This document shows positions 53,725-62,180 of a DNA stretch of 64,000 nucleotides, one piece after another; position 1 is the stretch's first letter; each line of letters starts with the position of its first letter. The DNA lies in contig JAZUHS010000240.1 of NCBI GenBank assembly GCA_045641845.1, positions 8,136 through 72,135 on the forward strand, given 5' to 3'. This DNA is from Bulleidia sp. (GTDB lineage: Bacteria; Bacillota_I; Bacilli_A; Erysipelotrichales; Erysipelotrichaceae). A model generated the notes under the pieces. It saw only the letters and a program-made list of their open reading frames with translations, was not told the DNA's origin and made no database searches. Position numbers and translations under genes: made by a program.

Positions 53725-54616
53725 TGTTGAATTCTTCCACCAGATCCTTTACATCATCCGGGACTTTATCGGAGATAATCTCAAAGACTACCTTTCTGTC
53801 CGGCTGATACTGTTTAGCCATCATACGATAGATCGCCAGTCTGCCGATCAGTTCGCGTTTTCTCTGATCTCTGTCGTTGGCCTGAGCTGCATAAGGAATA
53901 CCGAGATATGTTGTATCACGATCAATCTTTACACAGTCCGTACGGCTGCCGCTGATCAGTTCCCATCCCTTTTTATCCGCCTGAAGCAATGCTGCTTTAC
54001 GGCAGCTCAGACGTTCCTTCTCTGTACCTGATTCCTTACCGATCACATTATGGATAACTGCCATTTCATGACGGATTTCATCTTTCTCGAAGATTTCCTC
54101 GGGAGACTTTGAACTGTCAGAACTCCAGAGGTCAATGCCTCTTTCATCTGCCAGCTGCAGAATCTTCACTGTAATGCGGGGATCTCTGCGATCAAGGTAA
54201 CAGTAGCTTTCCAGATTGATCGGAATATCCAGACCAATCTCTTCCGGATAAATCGGAGACAGAAAGAAGACAACATCTGTCAGATACAGACAGCTCATTG
54301 TCTTCGGAATATCACCGCGGGCAGCTTTATCGATTGCTTCACGAAGCAGATCATAACTGCCGTAACCGGTAGCTTCTCCGTAGTCCTTCCACATCTGTTT
54401 CAGTGAAAGTCTGCGGGTTGAATCAAAATGAGCATATCCGATGAGTCCCTTGCGTCTTCCGCGATACGGACGGGAATAGAAAAACAGCAGATCCCCTTTA
54501 TGGAAGTCCGAGAATTTCTTCTTACTGGAAAGACGCCAGAACAGAATCGTACGATTTCTGCTGATGCGGTGGTATTCCAGCATGTTTTCATCCGTTACAT
54601 ACGCAATGGAACTCAT
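53711..54616 (-). CDS. PUA/EVE/ASCH-like domain protein with a degenerate PD-(D/E)XK-like C-terminal domain
   Basis: N-terminal TD...FW..S...F.....GDLLFFY...IGYAHF...MW..YGEATG pattern; C-terminal TD..I.....RELIGRLAIY resembles a nuclease helix lacking E-x-K. Confidence 0.55.
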   Translation of the reverse strand: MSSIAYVTDENMLEYHRISRNRTILFWRLSSKKKFSDFHKGDLLFFYSRPYRGRRKGLIGYAHFDSTRRLSLKQMWKDYGEATGYGSYDLLREAIDKAARGDIPKTMSCLYLTDVVFFLSPIYPEEIGLDIPINLESYCYLDRRDPRITVKILQLADERGIDLWSSDSSKSPEEIFEKDEIRHEMAVIHNVIGKESGTEKERLSCRKAALLQADKKGWELISGSRTDCVKIDRDTTYLGIPYAAQANDRDQRKRELIGRLAIYRMMAKQYQPDRKVVFEIISDKVPDDVKDLVEEFNNEQL

Positions 54617-54645
54617 CTTCTTACCTTAACTTTCTTTCGTTTGAA

Positions 54646-56313
54646 TTAGAACAGACCGTATGTTTCGCCGTTTTCATCAACACCCATGTTAGCTGCTGCA
54701 GGAACCTTAGGCAGACCGGGCATTGTCAGTACTGTACCTGTATAAACGACTACGAAACCTGCACCTGCAGATACGCTCAGGTCTCTTACATGAATTGTGA
54801 AGCCTGTAGGACGGCCCTTCAGCTTAGCATCATCAGACAGAGAATTCTGTGTCTTAGCCATGCAGACAGGCATCTTATCCCAGCCATTCTGCTTGAATAC
54901 TTCGATCTTAGCCTGAGCTTCTTCGGAGAATTCAACACCATCAGCACCGTAAACGATCTTAGCGATCTTGCCGACCTTTTCTTCGATTGTTTCTTCAACA
55001 TCGTAGATCGGAGCATAGTTGTTGGGCTTTTCGCAAGCTTCAACAACAACATTAGCCAGGTCGAGCATACCGTTACCGCCGTTAGCCCATCCATCAGCTT
55101 CAGCAACAGGGTGACCGTTTTCTGCACACCAGTTCAGCAGTGCAGCCACTTCAGCAGGAGTATCCTTAGCGAACTTATTAATAGCTACTACATAAGGAAC
55201 ACCATAAGCCTTAATGGAGTCGATATGCTTAGCCAGGTTTTCAATACCAGCCATCATAGCTTCAACATTTTCTGTACCCAGATCAGCCTGTTCAACACCG
55301 CCGTGCATCTTCAGAGCGCGTACTGTAGCAACGATAACAACTGCTGCAGGTGTCAAACCAGCGAAACGGCACTTGATGTCGAGGAACTTTTCAGCACCCA
55401 GGTCAGCACCGAAGCCTGCTTCTGTAACTACATAGTCAGAGAGCTTCAGAGCCAGCTTAGTAGCAATTACGGAGTTACAGCCATGAGCGATGTTAGCGAA
55501 AGGTCCGCCATGGATCAGAACAGGAGTATGTTCCAGAGTCTGAACAAGGTTAGGCTTGATAGCTTCCTTCATAACTACGCTTACGGAACCCTGAGCACCG
55601 ATATCAGCAACAGTTACAGGGGTGCCTTCATATGTATATGCAACTACGCACTTGGAAATTCTTCTTTCGAAATCCTTCAGGTCGGAGGACAGGCAGAGGA
55701 TTGCCATAACTTCTGTAGCAACAGTAATTACGAAGCCATCCTTTCTTTCTACGCCGTTTGTCTTCTTATCCTGAGCGATTGTGATGGAACGCAGAGTTCT
55801 GTCGTTCATATCGAGGCATCTCTTCCATACAACCTTTTCAGGGTCGATGTTCAGAGGGTTGCCCTGGTAAATGGAGTTATCCAGAATAGCCGCAATCAGG
55901 TTGTTAGCTGTTGTGATAGCATGCATATCACCTGTGAAATGCAGGTTGATGGATTCCATAGGGATTACCTGAGCATAACCGCCGCCTGTAGCGCCGCCCT
56001 TCAGACCGAATACCGGACCGAGGGAAGGTTCTCTCAGACATGCCATAACGTTCTTGCCGATCTTTGTCAGACCATCAGCCAGACCGATTGTAGTTGTGGA
56101 CTTACCTTCACCTGCCTTAGTAGGTGTAATAGCAGTAACGAGAATCAGCTTACCATTAGGATTCTCTGCAACTGTACCAACGATTGCGGAGTCGATCTTT
56201 GCTTTATCAGTCCCATAAGGTTCGAGATATTTTTCAGCAATGCCGGCCTTCTGAGCAATGATACGGATGTCTTCAAATGTTGCTTCCTGTGCAATCTGTA
56301 AATCTGTCTTCAT
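54646..56313 (-). CDS. fhs: Formate--tetrahydrofolate ligase
   Basis: TPTKAGEGKST, LREPSLGP, HGGPFANIAHG, VTEAGFG. Confidence 0.99.
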   Translation of the reverse strand: MKTDLQIAQEATFEDIRIIAQKAGIAEKYLEPYGTDKAKIDSAIVGTVAENPNGKLILVTAITPTKAGEGKSTTTIGLADGLTKIGKNVMACLREPSLGPVFGLKGGATGGGYAQVIPMESINLHFTGDMHAITTANNLIAAILDNSIYQGNPLNIDPEKVVWKRCLDMNDRTLRSITIAQDKKTNGVERKDGFVITVATEVMAILCLSSDLKDFERRISKCVVAYTYEGTPVTVADIGAQGSVSVVMKEAIKPNLVQTLEHTPVLIHGGPFANIAHGCNSVIATKLALKLSDYVVTEAGFGADLGAEKFLDIKCRFAGLTPAAVVIVATVRALKMHGGVEQADLGTENVEAMMAGIENLAKHIDSIKAYGVPYVVAINKFAKDTPAEVAALLNWCAENGHPVAEADGWANGGNGMLDLANVVVEACEKPNNYAPIYDVEETIEEKVGKIAKIVYGADGVEFSEEAQAKIEVFKQNGWDKMPVCMAKTQNSLSDDAKLKGRPTGFTIHVRDLSVSAGAGFVVVYTGTVLTMPGLPKVPAAANMGVDENGETYGLF

Positions 56314-56342
56314 TTTCTTCCTCCTGTAAACAGAAATTTAAC

Positions 56343-56939
56343 TTAGCCAATCTGTCTTCGATCAGCCAGAGCATGCGCTAATGTCATCTCATCGGCATAA
56401 TCAAGAAGACCACCAGCGGGTAAACCATGTGCAATTCTTGTAACCAGTACATCGGGACACTGATCCTTGAGCAGTTTTCCGAGATACATCGCTGTTGTCT
56501 CACCATCCATAGTTGTATTTGTAGCCAGGATGATTTCTTTTGCATTCTTTGCTCTTTCCAGAAGTTCATCAATAGCGAGATCTTCCGGCATGATGCCCTT
56601 AGATGTAGAGATCAGACCATTCAGAACATGATATACACCTCTGAATTCACCTGTCTTTTCCATCGCACTGACATCCTTGGATGACTGAACGACAAAGATG
56701 ACGCTGTGATCACGGGCAGGGTTTCTGCAGATATCACATTCGTCATGATCTGTAAGGTTCCCGCAGACCGAGCAGCGTCTGAGTTTTTCCTTTACGTCTA
56801 TTAAAGCCTGTGCAAATGCACGTGCCTTTTCTTCATCCATATCAACAACAGAAAGAGCATATCTTTCTGCAGTCTTCTCACCTACACCAGGCAGTGAACG
56901 AAATCTTTCGATTAATGTCGCGAGTGTCTGGGGATACAT
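56343..56939 (-). CDS. recR: Recombination protein RecR
   Basis: LPGVGEKTA HhH, C4 Zn finger, Toprim, RIAHGLP. Confidence 0.98.
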   Translation of the reverse strand: MYPQTLATLIERFRSLPGVGEKTAERYALSVVDMDEEKARAFAQALIDVKEKLRRCSVCGNLTDHDECDICRNPARDHSVIFVVQSSKDVSAMEKTGEFRGVYHVLNGLISTSKGIMPEDLAIDELLERAKNAKEIILATNTTMDGETTAMYLGKLLKDQCPDVLVTRIAHGLPAGGLLDYADEMTLAHALADRRQIG

Positions 56940-56941
56940 TT

Positions 56942-57241
56942 TTACATCCCCGGCAGCTTCATGCCTGCTGTTGCAGCCTTCATCTTTGCGGCTCTGTCTG
57001 CATCAGACTTATCAACTGCCTCGTTGAAAGCAATCAGCAGCAGATCCTGCAGCATTTCACGATCTTCCGGTGTCATCAGGTCTTCAGCAATTTCGATTTC
57101 CTTTACTTCATGAGCACCTGTCATCTTGATTGTGACACCTTCATTTCCACCTGTATATTCTGTGGCATTCAGTTCCTTTTCAAGATTTGTCAGATTAGTC
57201 TGTGCCTGCTGCATCTGTTTCATCAGCTTATTAATGTCCAT
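56942..57241 (-). CDS. ebfC: YbaB/EbfC nucleoid-associated protein
   Basis: MKQMQQAQ, EMLQDLLLIAFNEA; conserved dnaX-ybaB-recR order. Confidence 0.92.
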   Translation of the reverse strand: MDINKLMKQMQQAQTNLTNLEKELNATEYTGGNEGVTIKMTGAHEVKEIEIAEDLMTPEDREMLQDLLLIAFNEAVDKSDADRAAKMKAATAGMKLPGM

Positions 57242-57249
57242 ATAGCCTC

Positions 57250-58959
57250 CTATACGATATCTACCTCATCAGCACCGAACATCGCCAGTACCTTCTGTTC
57301 TGCTGTTTCAGGTTCTGTTGTTTCTTTCTTTTCTTCCTTATATAAAGAGATTGCATAAGGTTCAGGCAATGTACCTGCCCTCATCAGCTCAATATATTTC
57401 TTGGAAGCAGCCTTGAAGTCTTTTTCTGTAATTGCAAAGATCACTTTGTTAACAAATCCATTTTCTTTCACAAATTTACAGAGTTCTTCGTTCATCGGCT
57501 GTGAATTGATACGGTTTGCGGTTGCCTGTACCTGTGTTAACAGGATTGTGCACTTTTCACCGCAGGCACCGATCTTTGTATCTTCAAGAAGCAGCGTGTA
57601 CTTCATGAATTCAGTATTTCTGATCTCTTTCAGACGAGCATATGCTGCTTCATCCTTAGCTTTTTCTGCTTTATTGCACTGTACCAGCAGTCCAAGAATC
57701 TGTTCCTGAGGAATTGCTTCCTGTGCAGGCTTGATCGGTTCCATCTGAATCGTTCTTACCACTTCAGGTTCTGCAGGCTTGGCAACGACAGGATCGGGAC
57801 GTTTGAAGATTGGCTGATATGCAGGAATCCTGCGCTCTGCCGGTTCTTCCTTCTTTTCTACAACCACCGTCTGAACAGGATTACGATCTTCCGTAGCCAG
57901 TGCCAGGCATGTGACCTCAAAGCATGTCACTGCAGAAACCGCTGTTTTATATCTATCTTTTGTATCAATCAGATATTCCATCATATGCATGCATGTACGC
58001 TGATTGATCTTATCTGACAGAGCTGCAGCTTCTTCACGTGAAATCACCTTAAGCAGTTCTGCTTTGCTTGTAGCTTTGTAGATCAGGCAGTCTTTCAGAA
58101 TATCGATCATGCCATCTGTAAATCTCTGCAGATCAATGCCCTTATGTTCATAGTCCTTAACACGTGCAATCAGTGATTCCAGATTCACATCCGCAATATC
58201 CGTCAGTAAACCGATCTTTTCTTCGGTAGTTGCCATACCGTAGATCTGATCGATTGCCTCTTCACTGATGTGATCATCTGTATATGCAGCACACTGGTCC
58301 ATGATACTCAGAGCATCACGCATACCACCATCAGAGAGAACCGCAATCATATCTGCAGCCTTTTCTTCCATGTAGATGTTTTCCAGCTTTGCAATTTCCA
58401 TCAGATGAGCACAGATCTGGTCTTTTCTCAGCTTGGAGAAGTCAAATCTCTGACATCTGGAGATGATTGTCGGAAGAAGCTTCTGAGGATCCGTTGTCGC
58501 AAGTACGAAAATGACGTGTTCCGGCGGTTCTTCAAGTGTTTTCAGAAGAGCGCTGGATGCTGCAGAGGACAACTGGTGTACTTCGTCGATGATATAAACC
58601 TTATGCTTACCCTGCATCGGAGCAAGCGTAGAACGTTCAATCAGATCACGAATATCTTCTACATGAGTCTCATTTGCAGCATTGATTTCCACAATATCAG
58701 GATGTGTTCCTGCATTTGCGGCTGTACAGGACTCGCATTTTTCACATGGAGCCTTATCAGGATTCTCACAGTTCACTGCTTTAGCCAGCAGTCGGGCCAT
58801 AGTTGTCTTACCTGTGCCTCTGGGGCCGCAGAAAAGATAAGCATGACCGATTTTGTCATCACGAACAGCGTTCTTGATTGACCTTACTACATATTCCTGA
58901 CCAACAACTTCATCGAAGGTTGAAGATCTGTATTTCTGGTATAAAGCTAGTTTTGCCAT
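57250..58959 (-). CDS. dnaX: DNA polymerase III gamma/tau
   Basis: GPRGTGKTT, IIDEVH, LLKTLEEPP, SRCQ. Confidence 0.98.
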   Translation of the reverse strand: MAKLALYQKYRSSTFDEVVGQEYVVRSIKNAVRDDKIGHAYLFCGPRGTGKTTMARLLAKAVNCENPDKAPCEKCESCTAANAGTHPDIVEINAANETHVEDIRDLIERSTLAPMQGKHKVYIIDEVHQLSSAASSALLKTLEEPPEHVIFVLATTDPQKLLPTIISRCQRFDFSKLRKDQICAHLMEIAKLENIYMEEKAADMIAVLSDGGMRDALSIMDQCAAYTDDHISEEAIDQIYGMATTEEKIGLLTDIADVNLESLIARVKDYEHKGIDLQRFTDGMIDILKDCLIYKATSKAELLKVISREEAAALSDKINQRTCMHMMEYLIDTKDRYKTAVSAVTCFEVTCLALATEDRNPVQTVVVEKKEEPAERRIPAYQPIFKRPDPVVAKPAEPEVVRTIQMEPIKPAQEAIPQEQILGLLVQCNKAEKAKDEAAYARLKEIRNTEFMKYTLLLEDTKIGACGEKCTILLTQVQATANRINSQPMNEELCKFVKENGFVNKVIFAITEKDFKAASKKYIELMRAGTLPEPYAISLYKEEKKETTEPETAEQKVLAMFGADEVDIV

Positions 58960-59015
58960 CGTTCTCTCCTGTCGCTATATTATAGCAAAAATTCCTGCAC
59001 TTTATATGCAGGAAT

Positions 59016-59519
59016 CTATTCTTGAGTGATCTTGAATTGAGCTTTATCTCTCTTCGCTTTTTTGCGTTTTTCACGGAAGAAAGTAGTGAGAATTTCAGCA
59101 CATTCCGGCTGCAGAATACCGGATGTTACTACACGCGGATAGGTCTTCAGATGAGGAATCGTCTTCACCTGTACCAGTGTATCGATTGTTCCGCCTTTCG
59201 GATCAGGAGTTCCGTAATACAGATGATTAATACGGGATAAACCAATTACACCTGTACACATCATACAGGGTTCCAGCGTGACATACAGATCACAGTCATC
59301 CAGACACCATGTACCAAGCTTTTTGCTGGCTTTAGTGATCGCAACCATTTCTGCATGCGCAAAAGCCTGCTGTTTCTTTTCTCTGAGGTTATGCCCTTTT
59401 GCAATCACTTCTCCATTGCGCACAATAACACATCCAACAGGTACTTCATCTATCTTTCTCGCCTTCTCTGCTTCTTTCAAAGCCAGACGCATGTATTTCT
59501 CTACATCTACGTTTTCCAT
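59016..59519 (-). CDS. tadA: tRNA adenosine deaminase TadA
   Basis: EVPVG, HAEM, TLEPCMMC. Confidence 0.95.
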   Translation of the reverse strand: MENVDVEKYMRLALKEAEKARKIDEVPVGCVIVRNGEVIAKGHNLREKKQQAFAHAEMVAITKASKKLGTWCLDDCDLYVTLEPCMMCTGVIGLSRINHLYYGTPDPKGGTIDTLVQVKTIPHLKTYPRVVTSGILQPECAEILTTFFREKRKKAKRDKAQFKITQE

Positions 59520-59529
59520 ATACAAAAAA

Positions 59530-59607
59530 GTGGCACACGCAATCAGAGGGTTGTATGGCTGCTACCTTCCGGTCCTGACCAGGTTCTATCCATGAATGCT
59601 GTGCCAC
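59530..59607 (-). ncRNA. ffs: Small (4.5S-type) SRP RNA
   Basis: Conserved domain IV UCAGGACCGGAAGGUAGCAGC enclosed by GUGGCAC/GUGCCAC stem; promoter TTGCAG-N17-TATAAT at 59612-59640. Confidence 0.93.
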
Positions 59608-59683
59608 GGATATTATATAGGAATACCCGTCCATCTGCAAGCACGCCTGTTCGCATGAAACATTTTGGCGGAAGTGGCGTGAT

Positions 59684-59699
59684 TGTTTCACGTGAAACA
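59684..59699. promoter_or_regulatory. parS site
   Basis: Perfect palindrome TGTTTCACGTGAAACA. Confidence 0.92.
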
Positions 59700-59756
59700 A
59701 AAGAGTGCTGTGACCTCATCGATCATCAGCACTCTCAATTAGTATTCAGTCTGTAA

Positions 59757-61058
59757 TTAGAACTTCTTTGTCTTTTCAGGCTTTGTGATAACAGTCTGTC
59801 CACCCATGTAAGGCTGCAGAGGCTTCGGGATGTTGATGGAACCATCTGCGTTCAGATTGTTTTCAATGAAAGCAATCAGCATACGAGGCGGAGCTACTAC
59901 TGTGTTGTTCAGTGTATGAGCGAAGTAGTTACCCTTTTCCCCCTTAACACGGATACCCAGTCTTCTTGCCTGTGCATCACCGAGGTTGGAGCAGGAACCT
60001 ACTTCGAAGTACTTCTTCTGACGAGGAGACCAAGCTTCAACGTCGCAGCTCTTCACCTTCAGGTCAGCCAGGTCACCGGAGCAGCATTCCAGTGTTCTTA
60101 CCGGAATATCCAGAGATCTGAAGAAGTCTACAGAATTCTTCCAGAGCTGTTCATACCAGTAAGGAGAATCTTCAGGTTCACATACAACTACCATTTCCTG
60201 CTTTTCGAACTGGTGAACACGGTACAGACCTCTTTCTTCAATACCATGAGCACCAACTTCCTTACGGAAGCAGGGGCTGTAAGATGTCAGTGTATAAGGC
60301 AGATCTTCTTTTCTCAGAATCTGATTAATGAAGCGGCCTACCATGGAATGTTCAGATGTACCGATCAGATACAGATCTTCGCCTTCAATCTTATACATCA
60401 TGTTCTGCATTTCAGCAAAGGACATAACGCCTGTTACTACATCAGAGTGAATCATGAACGGCGGAATGAAGTATTCGAAACCTCTGTCGATCATGAAGTC
60501 TCTTGCATAAGACAGGATAGCAGACTGCAGACGAGCAATGTTGCCACGCAGATAGTAGAAACCATTACCGGAAGTACGACCTGCACTATCGATGTCCAGA
60601 CCACCGAGATTTTCAAGAATATCTGTGTGATAAGGAACTTCGTATTCAGGAACTACAGGTTCACCATACTTTTCAATTTCAACATTTTCGGAATCATCCT
60701 TACCAATCGGTACAGAAGGATCGATGATATTAGGAATTACGAGCATTCTCTTTCTGATTTCTTCTTCCAGCTCTTCTTCCTTCTTTTCCAGAGCTACGAG
60801 CTGGTCTCCCATTTCCTTAACCTTGTTCTTCAGTTCGTTTGCTTCTTCCTTCTTACCCTGACGCATCAGTCCACCGATTTCCTTGGACATACGATTGCGG
60901 TCAGCACGGAGGTTGTCGCCTTCCTGCTTTGCTGCACGGTATTCCTTGTCGAACTGTGCAACTTCGTCTACCATCGGAAGCTTTTCGTCCTGGAACTTCT
61001 TCTTGATATTTTCCTTTACGACTTCCGGGTTTTCACGGATCAGCTTAATATCGATCAT
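59757..61058 (-). CDS. serS: Serine--tRNA ligase
   Basis: N-terminal coiled coil, GTSEH, FRKE, RVHQFEK, EVGSCSN. Confidence 0.99.
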   Translation of the reverse strand: MIDIKLIRENPEVVKENIKKKFQDEKLPMVDEVAQFDKEYRAAKQEGDNLRADRNRMSKEIGGLMRQGKKEEANELKNKVKEMGDQLVALEKKEEELEEEIRKRMLVIPNIIDPSVPIGKDDSENVEIEKYGEPVVPEYEVPYHTDILENLGGLDIDSAGRTSGNGFYYLRGNIARLQSAILSYARDFMIDRGFEYFIPPFMIHSDVVTGVMSFAEMQNMMYKIEGEDLYLIGTSEHSMVGRFINQILRKEDLPYTLTSYSPCFRKEVGAHGIEERGLYRVHQFEKQEMVVVCEPEDSPYWYEQLWKNSVDFFRSLDIPVRTLECCSGDLADLKVKSCDVEAWSPRQKKYFEVGSCSNLGDAQARRLGIRVKGEKGNYFAHTLNNTVVAPPRMLIAFIENNLNADGSINIPKPLQPYMGGQTVITKPEKTKKF

Positions 61059-61074
61059 GTTTTTTCTCTCCCTT

Positions 61075-61305
61075 CAAAATAAAAACATCGAACCCATCAA
61101 AGGGACGATGTTATCGCGGTGCCACCCTTTTTGTAACGATTGTTTCACGTGAAACAATTGATACCTCTCGTTTATGCGAGTAACGGTCGCTCCCGTAAGT
61201 GATTAGCTTCTCTCCAGGATGGATTCTCTTTCTACGGTGACTGTTCTCATCAACCACAGTCTTTCTTGAACTACTTTCGAAAGATACTATTTCCTATCGA
61301 CGATT
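61075..61305 (-). promoter_or_regulatory. T-box riboswitch (Ser)
   Basis: AGTA and GGTTGATG stem I, specifier GAA-UCC (61221-61223), T-box AAGGGTGGCACCGCG (about 61115-61129), terminator. Confidence 0.93.
61141..61156. promoter_or_regulatory. parS site inside the serS T-box leader
   Basis: Perfect TGTTTCACGTGAAACA, extended to the 20-bp palindrome ATTGTTTCACGTGAAACAAT. Confidence 0.92.
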
Positions 61306-61312
61306 TCATCTA

Positions 61313-61363
61313 ATTTAAGCATTCTGTCCATAGTTTGTCAAGCAATGGCCCGAATGCTAAAAT
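61313..61363. promoter_or_regulatory. Back-to-back promoters sharing a -35 region (serS leader on minus, RHH-like gene on plus)
   Basis: Minus strand TTGACA-N17-TTAAAT; plus strand TTGTCA-N17-TAAAAT; both have a TG extension; the -35 hexamers overlap at 61335-61341. Confidence 0.7.
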
Positions 61364-61397
61364 GGACGCAAATTCACGGATTTAACGAGGTCTCGAC

Positions 61398-61592
61398 ATG
61401 GATAAGGAAACACTCTATAAGAATAAACTTGAGTACAACAACAGCTACAACAGAAATAACTACAGATCATTCTCATTTCGTTTCAATATCAACGATGAAG
61501 CCGATGTGATTCACTGGCTTGAGAATCAGGAAGGCATCAAGTCCTATATCACCAGACTCATTCGCGAGGATATGGAAAAGCAGAACGGATGA
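61398..61592 (+). CDS. Small ribbon-helix-helix (Arc/MetJ-like) DNA-binding protein
   Basis: Y.R..Y..FSFRFN..DEADVI.WL..Q....YI..LIREDM pattern; GAGG RBS and own promoter. Confidence 0.7.
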   Translation: MDKETLYKNKLEYNNSYNRNNYRSFSFRFNINDEADVIHWLENQEGIKSYITRLIREDMEKQNG

Positions 61593-61649
61593 AACATGCA
61601 TGCATGAATCACCCATTTTCATATCGTCCATGCATGCATGATTAACTAA

Positions 61650-62177
61650 CTATTGTTGATTCACCTTGATGTATGCTGCATTCTGCCTTTCAAATTTGTG
61701 GTCAGCGTAGTGATCACAGATCAGCTTACCGAAAGCAGGCGCGTTCTCCTGAATTTCCACGTGAATGCCGCAATCACACACTTCATACATACTGCTGTCT
61801 TCTGCATATGCACATGCAAGTTCCTTTGCTGTCATATGTATAGCCTCAGCTGTTTCCTTTAATGCAAATACAACCGGAATACCTGCATTCAGAACACTTT
61901 CCACCGCATAAGGATCCTCATACACAGTCTGTTCAGCCCATACTGTCGCATCTCCTCGTTTGAGTGTACCGCCCGCATATACAATCATTGCGATGTGCTG
62001 TCTGAGATCCGGCCATACTTTTAATGCTAAAGCTAAGGATGTTGCACCTTGATCTACTACAAGGACAGCATCTTTTTCATTTCTAAGAGATTTCCAGTCA
62101 TCTTTAAGAACATCTGTATGTCTGAAGAATGTACCATCCACATTGGCAAATCTCTCACTTACAATATACACACTCAT
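61650..62177 (-). CDS. Truncated, degenerate nucleoside hydrolase paralog
   Basis: Aligns with the middle and C-terminus of the upstream hydrolase (PDL..I...GG...G...AE....DP) but lacks DxDxxxDD; has its own RBS. Confidence 0.7.
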   Translation of the reverse strand: MSVYIVSERFANVDGTFFRHTDVLKDDWKSLRNEKDAVLVVDQGATSLALALKVWPDLRQHIAMIVYAGGTLKRGDATVWAEQTVYEDPYAVESVLNAGIPVVFALKETAEAIHMTAKELACAYAEDSSMYEVCDCGIHVEIQENAPAFGKLICDHYADHKFERQNAAYIKVNQQ

Positions 62178-62180
62178 TTT

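Noticed and set aside
58031-58046. TTCACGTGAAA parS-like core inside dnaX
   Set aside because: Only about 12/16 match, with both outer ends wrong; may be chance.
57250-58959. Programmed -1 frameshift in dnaX as in E. coli
   Set aside because: No A-AAA-AAG slippery site with a downstream hairpin was identified.
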